Origin: Candidatus Moraniibacteriota bacterium
GTDB taxonomy: Bacteria; Patescibacteriota; Minisyncoccia; Moranbacterales; UBA2206
Assembly: GCA_049303795.1 (NCBI GenBank)
Contig: JBAQNM010000013.1
Location: forward strand, 78,415-142,414
Length of the DNA: 64,000 bases
Direction: 5' to 3'
This document shows, piece after piece, positions 17,118 to 26,407 of this stretch (position 1 is the first letter of the stretch; each line of letters starts with the position of its first letter). Below the pieces are notes generated by a model that was not told the origin of the DNA, did not search any database, and saw only the letters and a program-made list of their open reading frames with translations. Position numbers and translations under genes: made by a program.

Positions 17118-17725
17118 AGAAATGATTTTATTTTTTCAAAAATTGCTTCTTTCTCTTGATTGCCGTTAATTATTTTCAAATTCCAATCAAGCGTTTTTTT
17201 ATCATATAACGCTTTTTTATTTTTCAGATAATCTATTCCCTGATCGGGTTTTCGATCACGTGACATAATAATTTGCGGATCAGCCTGAAGATAGATTGCC
17301 GTGTCAGGAGCTTTGATAAATTTTTCGCAAGGAATGGTTTTTTGCGAATCACTTAGAAAATAAATATTAATTATGCTGTCGTAGAAATAGCGGTCGCTTA
17401 AGATGTAATCGAAGTTTTCTTTTTCTAATTTTTTATGTAATTTTTTAAAGCGCCAAATGTCAATCATTAGAAATATTCGGCGAAGGATTATTTGAAGCTC
17501 ACTGGCGCGAGTGACACTTTTTTCTCTATATACATCACATCTCCCGGATAATCTACAAAACATGCAATATTTGTTTCGAAAATCAATAATTTTCTTAGCA
17601 AAACCCTGTTCAATGGCATGAAAATAAAAAACGCGCTTATTTTGCGATTCTAAATAATTTTTAAGCGTTTCTATTTGCGTTGATTTTCCCGATCCATCGA
17701 GACCGGAAATTGTAAGTAGTTTCAT
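17114..17725 (-). CDS. Thymidylate kinase-family P-loop kinase (Tmk-like) with Cys-containing insertion
   Basis: 203 aa. ISGLDGSGKSTQ P-loop, DRY..D..I.Y motif, and a DTAIYLQADPQ LID-region analogue. Overlaps the flippase start by 4 nt (ATGA). Confidence 0.55.
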   Translation of the reverse strand: MKLLTISGLDGSGKSTQIETLKNYLESQNKRVFYFHAIEQGFAKKIIDFRNKYCMFCRLSGRCDVYREKSVTRASELQIILRRIFLMIDIWRFKKLHKKLEKENFDYILSDRYFYDSIINIYFLSDSQKTIPCEKFIKAPDTAIYLQADPQIIMSRDRKPDQGIDYLKNKKALYDKKTLDWNLKIINGNQEKEAIFEKIKSFL

Positions 17726-17735
17726 TTAATTTATT

Positions 17736-19232
17736 TTAATACATCAAAACCGCCACCGGTTCCATCTTGGCAATAACTTTGACAATGTTATTATCTTCCA
17801 TTCCGGAGATTACTTCTTCCACATCTTTATAATACGAACTATCTTGCATGACGACGCCACTGGACGCAGCGTTATATAGTTTAACATTATTTTTTTGCAT
17901 TTTTTGAAACAATTCTTCTTTGCTATGTGTGGCATCAGAAAGAGGATTTTTTCGCCGTCCCGTGCCATGGCTAGCGGAATAGAAACTAGATTCATTGCCA
18001 TCTGTTCCGGCGCAAATATAAGCGGACGTACTCATTGATGAAGGAATGAAAACCGGCTCACCAGTCTTTGAAAAAAGCGGATGATCTTTCATTCTCTCAG
18101 GACTATTCGCTCTCACTGTGCCATTTCTGTGCACCCAAACATTACTGCCAAAATGATTTTCTTTATGGATATAGACATGAGGCATATCATAGAGCATATC
18201 CAACTCGGGATTTTTGCCTAATGTTTTTTCCAAGGCTAAATCCAATTGATGATTGAGAATTGAACGATTAGCATAGCCTTGATTGGCCGAAGCGTTATGA
18301 GCAGTAAGAAACAATTTTCCTTCCACGCTTTTTTCGTCATAAGAAAAATATTCTTTGTTATCTTTGGAGCTTTCAATTTTTTTCCACAAGCTCTTGAATT
18401 CTTTTTTATAATCAGTTTTGAAGAAAAATTTACCCAATTCCAATACTATTCTTTGACTCAAATGTTCTTTTCTTTTTGGTGTGTATAAATATGAAGCATA
18501 TTGACCAAGGAGTCCTGATCCGGTGTGTAGCAAGAAAATATATTGGCCATTTTTAAGTCCAAATTTTTCGGCGATTTCCGGATTTTTAATCTCACTAATT
18601 TTCATTAAATCCAAAAAATGATTGCCAGCTGCGCCCAGAATTCCCAGACGATATTTTCCGATATGCAAAAATAATTTTGGAATAGCATTTAAAATTTCTT
18701 TTTCACTGGGAATTTCTGAGAAAAAATTTCCACCTTCAAAGGTATTTTCAATTTCATTTTTAGTGCGCGCTTTGAAAAATTCTCGCACTGGAGCAACACC
18801 TTTGCGACAAATATCCATAATCAGAGAATAGGGGACTTTTGTACCAATATAGGTTTTTGTTGGAATAGCGGTGATTAATTCTTGGAAAAGCTTGTCAATC
18901 TTTTCAGTAGTCAAATCAGCATCTGTGAGGTTGGTTTTCAAAAAACGCATACCGCAATTTGGAGCCGTGTCGTTGATCTGAGGTAAGAGATGATGTTCGG
19001 AAACGACGACTGTTCCAGTTGGATTTTTGCGTCCTTTTTTACTATGCACATCACTCATGGCAGCCACATGATGAAAAACCTTTTTTTCACTCGAAACCGC
19101 TTCGATTTCAGCTAGCGTGGAATCATTAGGCATTAAATCTTCCGAGACATGCAAAAACGCCGGCACTTGCATTTTGTCGGTTTTGAATTCGCGTTTATTT
19201 TTTTGGATATTAGAAAATGTATATTTTGACAT
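17736..19232 (-). CDS. rtcB: RtcB-family RNA 3'-phosphate ligase
   Basis: 498 aa. AAMSDVHSKKG, TAPNCGMRF and SASHGTGR align with conserved RtcB metal-binding and active-site motifs. Confidence 0.7.
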   Translation of the reverse strand: MSKYTFSNIQKNKREFKTDKMQVPAFLHVSEDLMPNDSTLAEIEAVSSEKKVFHHVAAMSDVHSKKGRKNPTGTVVVSEHHLLPQINDTAPNCGMRFLKTNLTDADLTTEKIDKLFQELITAIPTKTYIGTKVPYSLIMDICRKGVAPVREFFKARTKNEIENTFEGGNFFSEIPSEKEILNAIPKLFLHIGKYRLGILGAAGNHFLDLMKISEIKNPEIAEKFGLKNGQYIFLLHTGSGLLGQYASYLYTPKRKEHLSQRIVLELGKFFFKTDYKKEFKSLWKKIESSKDNKEYFSYDEKSVEGKLFLTAHNASANQGYANRSILNHQLDLALEKTLGKNPELDMLYDMPHVYIHKENHFGSNVWVHRNGTVRANSPERMKDHPLFSKTGEPVFIPSSMSTSAYICAGTDGNESSFYSASHGTGRRKNPLSDATHSKEELFQKMQKNNVKLYNAASSGVVMQDSSYYKDVEEVISGMEDNNIVKVIAKMEPVAVLMY

Positions 19233-19339
19233 TATTATTAGATTGATAAAAAAATTAACTTATCTATATCTTATCATAAAAATAAAGAGAGTGAAACTTA
19301 AGTTTTAGCCGTATAATCCTGAGAATAGAGATTTTTTTA

Positions 19340-20224
19340 TTACCCCTTATAAATTAAATGAATCTTATTTATGCTTTCAAATGGATTTAGACGTTTTTTT
19401 AAATAATCCTGTCCTTTATTTTCCGATCCTTGCATTCCAAATAATCTGATAGTAGGATACTTACTTATAACAAATTCCATACTTTTGTATACTAAATATT
19501 TCATTATATTTCTTTCATGTCCACAAATTACCATATTGTAAAAACAGACGTCTTCTACTGGAGTTAAAAAAGATACACCAATTAGTTTATTATTTTCCAT
19601 ATGTTGGAGCATGATTTTTGTAGTAATAGAATCATCAAAAAAGAATTTGTGGGCGTTGACGACTTCTGAAGCGTAATCATTTCCTTTGTTTTCAGAATAT
19701 TTAGAAAAATCGATTAGCATTTTCATAACTTCAGAATTATATATATTTTCATAAGGAACTGTAGTGATATTTCTATTTTTTTCAAAATATCTTATTTGTC
19801 TTTTTATATCTTCTTTAAAGTCTCTTGTTTCTACTGTGTTTTTATGTATATTGTACTGAGCAAAAGAATTATCATCCATTGAGGAATATTTGCTCCACGG
19901 AGTATTTTTCTTTGAAAATCCATTTTCAATCCACCAATCAAGTTCCATTAAATCAACGTTTTTTATAATTATACACTTAATTTCTTTTTGTAATTTTTTG
20001 CATAAATTTAAGACCACTAGCTTTCTTTTGGGACCTAATGAATTGACAATAATAGCAGAGTCGTTATCTTTATAAGTATAATACACGATTGAATCAAGGC
20101 TTCTTTCAATGAAAAGGTTATCTCTCGTACTTTGTACTATATAGGTCCAATTATTCTCAAAAGCACCTAAGTTAATACCAGGGCTCGCCTTTAATAATTT
20201 ATAGAATTCGCTTTCATTATTCAT
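19340..20224 (-). CDS. Hypothetical protein; possible GNAT-fold/DUF2156-like acyltransferase (low confidence)
   Basis: 294 aa with no strong motif recognised. Confidence 0.3.
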   Translation of the reverse strand: MNNESEFYKLLKASPGINLGAFENNWTYIVQSTRDNLFIERSLDSIVYYTYKDNDSAIIVNSLGPKRKLVVLNLCKKLQKEIKCIIIKNVDLMELDWWIENGFSKKNTPWSKYSSMDDNSFAQYNIHKNTVETRDFKEDIKRQIRYFEKNRNITTVPYENIYNSEVMKMLIDFSKYSENKGNDYASEVVNAHKFFFDDSITTKIMLQHMENNKLIGVSFLTPVEDVCFYNMVICGHERNIMKYLVYKSMEFVISKYPTIRLFGMQGSENKGQDYLKKRLNPFESINKIHLIYKG

Positions 20225-20633
20225 TAAGATATTTTATTTTTTTAATGAAAGATTTCAAATCTTTTTCAGTTTTTTCGGTTAGGTTATACTTATCAATCCG
20301 ATTAAGATTTATCCAGTCAAAATTTTCACCTTCATTCAAAACAAATTCGGACTTGGTTTTTTCACTCAACGCATAAAAAACAAATCGATGGGTTTGAAAT
20401 TCTTCATTGAAATAATCGTAAAGTGTGATGACATCTTCTATTTTAAATTTAATTCCAATTTCTTCATTAATTTCTCTGACAAAACAATCAACTGGCGTTT
20501 CTGCACCTTCATTTAATCCTCCAAAAAATGCCCAATAATTGGGATTAAATTTAGTAGTTGAATCACGTTTATGTAATAAAACTGAATTATTTTTGGGATT
20601 ATATAAAAATCCACCAGCCCAGAATTTTTCCAT
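20217..20633 (-). CDS. NUDIX hydrolase
   Basis: 138 aa. Nudix box GGLNEGAETPVDCFVREINEEIGI. Confidence 0.8.
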   Translation of the reverse strand: MEKFWAGGFLYNPKNNSVLLHKRDSTTKFNPNYWAFFGGLNEGAETPVDCFVREINEEIGIKFKIEDVITLYDYFNEEFQTHRFVFYALSEKTKSEFVLNEGENFDWINLNRIDKYNLTEKTEKDLKSFIKKIKYLNE

Positions 20634-20651
20634 AAAAATAGGGGCTTATTA

Positions 20652-21308
20652 TTAGTTTATCTCAAGCCATTTTCCTTCACTAACGACTTCAATTTTACTA
20701 TCAACAATTTTTAGGGCGGACTCATCATCCAAAGCAAATATTTTTTCATTCATATCTTTGACTGCATTTCTGATAAAATCTTCTTGCAAATTTACGAAAT
20801 ATTCTGAATTCAAATGAGGCAGAAAATAGAAATCGACATAATTTAGACCAGTCATTTCGTAATCCTTATCTAAATCTTCACCATAAACAATTTGCGAAAT
20901 TTTGAGAGCTAAATCTTTGTTTGTTACCATGCTACCAGCACTTGCGCCGACATAAACCTTATCTTTCAATAATTCTGGCAACATTTTTGTTAATCCAGAT
21001 TTGTTCAACCAATCCATCAGATGATAAGTATTACCTCCCTCAAAATATAATACATCAGCGCATTCAATGCTGGGTTTCCATATTTTTTCGTCTACTGCTG
21101 AAATGTCGGTAATTTCGATTGACTTGAAATTCAATTTTTTCAAATTCAATAAATCATTAATAAACCAATCCTTGTCACCGATTTCGACATTTGAAGCAGT
21201 GGGGATAAAAACCACTGTTGTGTCCTCTGGTTTTTTTGCAGTTAAGCTGAATAGCGCATCGGCAATTGAGTTATTGGTGATGCCACCTGATGTTAAAAGT
21301 AGTTTCAT
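20652..21308 (-). CDS. Peptidase S51 / type-1 glutamine-amidotransferase-like protein (dipeptidase E / cyanophycinase family)
   Basis: 218 aa. The VYVGASAGSM nucleophile-elbow serine motif and overall S51 length and architecture are present. Confidence 0.6.
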   Translation of the reverse strand: MKLLLTSGGITNNSIADALFSLTAKKPEDTTVVFIPTASNVEIGDKDWFINDLLNLKKLNFKSIEITDISAVDEKIWKPSIECADVLYFEGGNTYHLMDWLNKSGLTKMLPELLKDKVYVGASAGSMVTNKDLALKISQIVYGEDLDKDYEMTGLNYVDFYFLPHLNSEYFVNLQEDFIRNAVKDMNEKIFALDDESALKIVDSKIEVVSEGKWLEIN

Positions 21309-21321
21309 ATATTTTTAAATT

Positions 21322-22479
21322 TTATAATATTTCGTAAATTTTTTGATAAATCGCAGAGATGTTTTTCAAATCAAAATTTTGCTTCACGAATTTTCTAGCT
21401 TCAATGCCAAGCGCTTTTCTTTTTTCCGAATTATTGTATAAATCTAAAATTGCTTCTGCGAGTTGCTTTGTATTACCTTTTTCTATTATAACAGAACTGT
21501 TTTTATTTCCCAATTCTGAAAGTATTGGAAGATCAGATAATATCACTGGTTTTTCGCAGGCCATTGGTTCGATGACTGCCAACGGAATATCGAATTTTCC
21601 ATACATATTTTGAACAGGAAAAATAATAATATCTGAAAGATTATATAATTTTGCCATATCCGGAAAAATATCAATAAAAATAACTAAATCGCCAGCTTTA
21701 TTTTCTTGAAGTTTTTGAACGACTTCCTTATTTTTTTCAATCGCCTGACGATCATTTTTTAATCGACAGGCAAAAATAATTTTTATTTTCTTTTCTCGCA
21801 GCGTTTTGGCATTTTCAATAATCATATTCACAATATCATCAGTTGCTCCAAGTCTGATATATTCACCAGGGAAAGTGACAATAAATTCATCTTCTTTTAA
21901 ACCAAGCTCTTTCAGGACTGTTTGATTTTTTGTTTTTGGAGAATAAATTTCTAAATCTATTCCCGGATAAACTCGCTTAACGTTTTTAAATCCCAGGGAG
22001 TTTAATTTATTTTTAGCATAATCGGAATAGGTAATAATAAGATCAGCAAAAAGTATTTCTTTGAAATCGTCATCGGAAAATAGATCTTCTCTAAGCGTGG
22101 CGATGGTTTGGATGGTTTTTGCTTTTCTGCTTTTTATGAAAGTTTTAAAGGAGAAAGAATTGAGTTTATTGGGCGTGAGCATATAGTGCAAAATATCAAA
22201 ATCAGTCCTGAGTATTTTTCGTAGTTTTAATAACCTAATTTTTTGCAAGTAGCTCAAATGATTTGATGTATAAATTGATTTTTGATGAATATGTGGTGGT
22301 AGATTGGGAATTGTGCCATTTGTCAGTAGATACATTTCAAACATATCTAAACTCTTTGCTAGATAATATGCAAAGTTTTTAGAAGCTTCGTCCCAAGGTG
22401 GAGCAATTGGACGAGTAATCAGTAATATTTTTTTTCCGCCCAAGGCGGATCCGCCTTGGGCGGACATAAATTTGTTCAT
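21322..22479 (-). CDS. Glycosyltransferase family 4 (the start may be the ATG at 22467 rather than 22479)
   Basis: 385 aa. C-terminal EPMACEKPVILSD GT4 motif. The first 15 codons are encoded by a 28-bp GC-rich perfect palindrome. Confidence 0.75.
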   Translation of the reverse strand: MNKFMSAQGGSALGGKKILLITRPIAPPWDEASKNFAYYLAKSLDMFEMYLLTNGTIPNLPPHIHQKSIYTSNHLSYLQKIRLLKLRKILRTDFDILHYMLTPNKLNSFSFKTFIKSRKAKTIQTIATLREDLFSDDDFKEILFADLIITYSDYAKNKLNSLGFKNVKRVYPGIDLEIYSPKTKNQTVLKELGLKEDEFIVTFPGEYIRLGATDDIVNMIIENAKTLREKKIKIIFACRLKNDRQAIEKNKEVVQKLQENKAGDLVIFIDIFPDMAKLYNLSDIIIFPVQNMYGKFDIPLAVIEPMACEKPVILSDLPILSELGNKNSSVIIEKGNTKQLAEAILDLYNNSEKRKALGIEARKFVKQNFDLKNISAIYQKIYEIL

Positions 22480-22481
22480 AA

Positions 22482-22838
22482 CTATAAATTCTTATAGATT
22501 TCTTTTATCTGATTATCACCTAAAACTCGAATGGTGATTTTTTTATTTGCAAAACTATTCTCGAAATTTATTTTTATTAACTTGGATTCTCCCTTATTTA
22601 CCTTAACATCACCCTCTCTAATCTTTTCTTTATCAGCCAGGACTATCCAATGAAAATCATTATTATCGCGGTGGTTTTCGATATTGGAGTCAATTGATTG
22701 ACTTCGAACATCATTAAAATATAAAAACCATAAATTTTGTGAATCGATATCCTTGCTTTTTATTCCGGCGTATGTAAGAAAGGAAAAGCTGATGAATAGG
22801 AATCCGATAAAAGTGTAGATTATTATTTTATTTTGCAT
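22482..22838 (-). CDS. Small membrane-anchored protein, hypothetical (start placed at the internal Met to avoid overlap with the upstream gene; the ORF track start is 22883)
   Basis: N-terminal TM (MQNKIIIYTFIGFLFISFSFL) followed by a soluble domain. Confidence 0.4.
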   Translation of the reverse strand: MQNKIIIYTFIGFLFISFSFLTYAGIKSKDIDSQNLWFLYFNDVRSQSIDSNIENHRDNNDFHWIVLADKEKIREGDVKVNKGESKLIKINFENSFANKKITIRVLGDNQIKEIYKNL

Positions 22839-22848
22839 AATAGCTTGA

Positions 22849-24783
22849 TTAGTTAGTTTTATAAAATATGGAAATATCTTCACCGGAATAAACTTTCCAG
22901 AAATTTTTTATTTTAATGAATTGCGTTGAATCATATTTTGGATTTACCACTAAAAAATTTGTTTTTGTCTCGGTAAAACATTTTTTTGCTTCTGGTCCGC
23001 TAGGAATGGAAATCATTAAATTTGTGCATTGTTCGCGTACTTTTGTTTCATCTTCATAACGCTTAAAGTAGCCGCGAGAAAGGGGATAGGTATAGCCACG
23101 CATAAAATATAGTTTCATCCAGGAGTCAGCTGTTACGTAGTTGTGGTCTTTTAATATCATGTCTTTATCAGAGGTTCTTTTTGCTAGAAATTCTGAAGCA
23201 TTGTATGTTTCAAGTGCTGCATTGATGTTGAGCTTAGTATTGAGAGTTGCTGTGTTTTCGCGTAATCCATTTATACCAGAAAATGTAAAGATAAGAAGGA
23301 AGGCAGTTAATATAAAGTTTGGGTTAAGATATTGCTTCTTTTCTTTGGAATTTTTGAGTAGTTCGAAAAAATAAACAAAAGCAAAACCGCTTATTATTGA
23401 AAAGGGGAATACGCTATAATCAGCAATGCGGTCAGAAGGGATGTCTATATAAAACCAGCCTGGCTTAAGTGATATAGCCATTATTGAAATGGCCCAGCCT
23501 AGCAGAAAAGCGCTGGCATAACTTTTGCGTTTTTTGCTTAACATTAGAAGTGCAATTCCAAAAACACCTAAAGCCATACGAATTTTTCCTGCTGATTCAG
23601 AGAGTTGGCTAAAAGTAACTCCTTCTCGGGTTGCTTTGGAGGGTGTGCCAACGGCAGTATCAATTGCTTTTACATTGAAATATGTTGGCATATAGACAGA
23701 AAAAATAAAGATTAAACTAAGTAATATTATAATTAATGGGGCAGGTTTAAAAATAAGTTTAACCCATTCAAATAGCATTTTCAGACTACTCTTGAAATTA
23801 AAAATAATAAAAAATAAACAAGCAAAAATAAAAATAAATATAAAAACAAAAGTACTTAAGTGGTGAGTATAGGCCATTCCTAGCGATATGAAGATTCCCA
23901 AAGATAATAATAGCGAATTTTTTTCAACTAGTGCTCGTAGAAATAAATAAATGATGAGTGGTATGAAAAAATCACCAAGCATGTTTCCAATTACGCCACC
24001 ACTAACAAATTTTACTTGTGGGGAAGCAAGTGCATAAAGCGGTCCGATAAAAAGTAATGCGATAACTGAGATAGCATTTGCGTTTTTATAATCTTTGAAT
24101 AATAATCGCGTAAGCATAAACATTGTCAGAATTCCCATCAAGTGAATCAAAAAAAGAATAAGTGATGGAAAATAGGAAACAAAATCAATTCCTGAAATAA
24201 GATTGATAGCAGCAAAAATCAAATGTTCTCCGACGATAAAATCATCAATTGGCTCAGGCTCAGTTAGCGAGCTTGTTTCAATGTTGATGTCTACTTTCTC
24301 ATATTTAGGCACTTCTCCTGTAGTTGAAATTGTTTTAGCCCAATACATATGATGACCAAGATCTGTTGAAGTTGGCATGATTGTTTTTTGCAGATAAACT
24401 GTTTTAATGAAAAAAGTCAAAAAAATTAACACAATAACAGCAGCGAATTGAGCTTTGGAAAAGTCAGGAAATTTGTTTTCAAGTTCAACTGCTAGTTCTT
24501 TTTTTCTATGCCATAAGAAAAAAATACTTCCAGAGATAGTGGAAAATAGGGCAATAGAAAGAACAATATTAGTTACATTTAAGTAAGGGCCAAATCTTCC
24601 GAGTATAAGCATGACAAAGTCAGTAATTACGATGCTTAGCCCAAAAGAAATGAAGAAAGCTTCTAGCTTTGAAAAAGGCCATTTTTTTCCAAAAAGAGCA
24701 AAAAACAAAGAATAACCGGGAATAAAAAATATCAGGATAATAGCAAAATAAAATAAAAATTGTGATTGAATAAAAGCAAACAT
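22849..24783 (-). CDS. GT-C fold polytopic membrane glycosyltransferase (PMT/ArnT-like)
   Basis: 644 aa with >12 TM helices and a C-terminal soluble domain. Architecture resembles the lipid-carrier-dependent glycosyltransferases at 57751 and 61340. Confidence 0.55.
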   Translation of the reverse strand: MFAFIQSQFLFYFAIILIFFIPGYSLFFALFGKKWPFSKLEAFFISFGLSIVITDFVMLILGRFGPYLNVTNIVLSIALFSTISGSIFFLWHRKKELAVELENKFPDFSKAQFAAVIVLIFLTFFIKTVYLQKTIMPTSTDLGHHMYWAKTISTTGEVPKYEKVDINIETSSLTEPEPIDDFIVGEHLIFAAINLISGIDFVSYFPSLILFLIHLMGILTMFMLTRLLFKDYKNANAISVIALLFIGPLYALASPQVKFVSGGVIGNMLGDFFIPLIIYLFLRALVEKNSLLLSLGIFISLGMAYTHHLSTFVFIFIFIFACLFFIIFNFKSSLKMLFEWVKLIFKPAPLIIILLSLIFIFSVYMPTYFNVKAIDTAVGTPSKATREGVTFSQLSESAGKIRMALGVFGIALLMLSKKRKSYASAFLLGWAISIMAISLKPGWFYIDIPSDRIADYSVFPFSIISGFAFVYFFELLKNSKEKKQYLNPNFILTAFLLIFTFSGINGLRENTATLNTKLNINAALETYNASEFLAKRTSDKDMILKDHNYVTADSWMKLYFMRGYTYPLSRGYFKRYEDETKVREQCTNLMISIPSGPEAKKCFTETKTNFLVVNPKYDSTQFIKIKNFWKVYSGEDISIFYKTN

Positions 24784-24795
24784 ATAGTTATAATT

Positions 24796-25251
24796 TTATT
24801 TTGTCATTTCTAAGGCTTTTTTGCAATAGAATTTAACGTTTTCCACTAGATTAAATTTAGCATCATCCAAGTCTTCACTTTTAAACCAGCGAATAGCATC
24901 ATGCTCTTCTTCGTTGAGGATGATAGTATTGGTTTTTGCTTTTGCAAAATACTCAAATGCAATATGCTTATGAGTATCACTAATCTTATGAATATCAAGA
25001 AATGCGGGCAAAGGAAGAGGTTTAAAATCTTTAAATTTCATATTAGGCTGTTGACTGATAATTTCCACTTCTAATCCGCATTCTTCTTTTATCTCTCTGA
25101 AAAGTGCTTCTTCCGGATCTTCGGATAGTTCAATGTGACCTCCAATGGGAAGCCAAATTCCAAGCTGTTTGTGCTTGATCAATAGAACTTTATTGTCATA
25201 TGTAATGTAGGCATTTATTACAAAATCTATTAAATTATGAATATGTCCCAT
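24796..25251 (-). CDS. NUDIX hydrolase (paralog of the NUDIX domain of the 13992 protein)
   Basis: 151 aa. Nudix box GGHIELSEDPEEALFREIKEECGL. W.PIGGH.E..E.PE.A..RE is shared with residues ~415-450 of the 13992 product. Confidence 0.8.
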   Translation of the reverse strand: MGHIHNLIDFVINAYITYDNKVLLIKHKQLGIWLPIGGHIELSEDPEEALFREIKEECGLEVEIISQQPNMKFKDFKPLPLPAFLDIHKISDTHKHIAFEYFAKAKTNTIILNEEEHDAIRWFKSEDLDDAKFNLVENVKFYCKKALEMTK

Positions 25252-25257
25252 AAGCTA

Positions 25258-26391
25258 TTAATTATTAGTAACTTTTCTTATTACCTCGAGGTATTTTCTG
25301 GAAATTTCTTTCCATGTGAAATTTGCTATCACAAATTCTTGGGCTTTTTGTCCAAATTCTTTTCTGAAGTTATCATCTTCCAAAACTTCTTTTATTTTTT
25401 TTGACCATGCATCGGCATTCCCTGGATCAACCAGAAAGCCATTTTTGCCATTAATAATAGCATCTTTCAATCCTTCAAGATTAGATGCGAGCACTACACG
25501 ACCACAACCACTACCTTCAATTGCTGTTATACCAAAACCTTCCATTGATCCAGGAACTTTAATATTGGGAGAAATATAAAGGTCAACTGTATTAAACAAT
25601 ATTCTCATCTTGCTTTCTAAGAGATTTGGAAACAGTTTGACGCGATTTTCTAAACCTAATCCTTTGATTGCTTGAAGACACTTTGGATAATAATTTTCAT
25701 CTCCAACAGTTTTTCTAGCCACTACACCACCAGCAGCAACTAAGATATAATTTTCGGGAAGTTTCGGCATTACAGTACGAATAAACCATTCCACTCCTTT
25801 ATGTTTCACAAATCTTCCTCCGCGAAAAATAACCCTTTTATTATCTAGGGGCATATTCAAAAGAGCTTCTAACTCTTTCCTTTCGTGTGGCTCTGCTTTT
25901 TCTGATACGTCCATGCCGTTGGGAATAAAAACGCATTTTTCTCTTTGAATTCCAATTTTAACCGCTTGATTAATTGTTTCATTGCCAACCATAATTAGTT
26001 TATCCATTCTTTTTTGAGCGGGAATATTAATTGATCGAAATATTTTCCCTAGAATAGATTTTTTATAAGCAAAAGTTATATCAAGACCATGAATAATTGA
26101 AATAAATTTCTTTTTTGGATAAAAAAATCTTAAAAATACTCCAAGCGGAGTAAGCACGCCATCTCCAAACAAAACCACGTCATAGTTTGATAAAATAAAT
26201 AGACTTTTAAGAACAACCCAAGGCAAAAAAAGCGGCAAAAACTTCTTACCATGTTTATTGGCGATTATTTTTGTTTCTGTTAATTCGGAAAGAGATTTGG
26301 CAATTCCATAGTTTTGCATTTCAATTCCGCCTAGAACTGGTGGATATGCACGTGAAATAAAAAGCAGCTTAATTTTTTTTTCAGTATTCAT
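25258..26391 (-). CDS. Glycosyltransferase family 4
   Basis: 377 aa. GT-B fold with the GT4 EGFGI motif near the C-terminus. Confidence 0.75.
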   Translation of the reverse strand: MNTEKKIKLLFISRAYPPVLGGIEMQNYGIAKSLSELTETKIIANKHGKKFLPLFLPWVVLKSLFILSNYDVVLFGDGVLTPLGVFLRFFYPKKKFISIIHGLDITFAYKKSILGKIFRSINIPAQKRMDKLIMVGNETINQAVKIGIQREKCVFIPNGMDVSEKAEPHERKELEALLNMPLDNKRVIFRGGRFVKHKGVEWFIRTVMPKLPENYILVAAGGVVARKTVGDENYYPKCLQAIKGLGLENRVKLFPNLLESKMRILFNTVDLYISPNIKVPGSMEGFGITAIEGSGCGRVVLASNLEGLKDAIINGKNGFLVDPGNADAWSKKIKEVLEDDNFRKEFGQKAQEFVIANFTWKEISRKYLEVIRKVTNN

Positions 26392-26407
26392 GAATTAAAA
26401 CAGTTAG

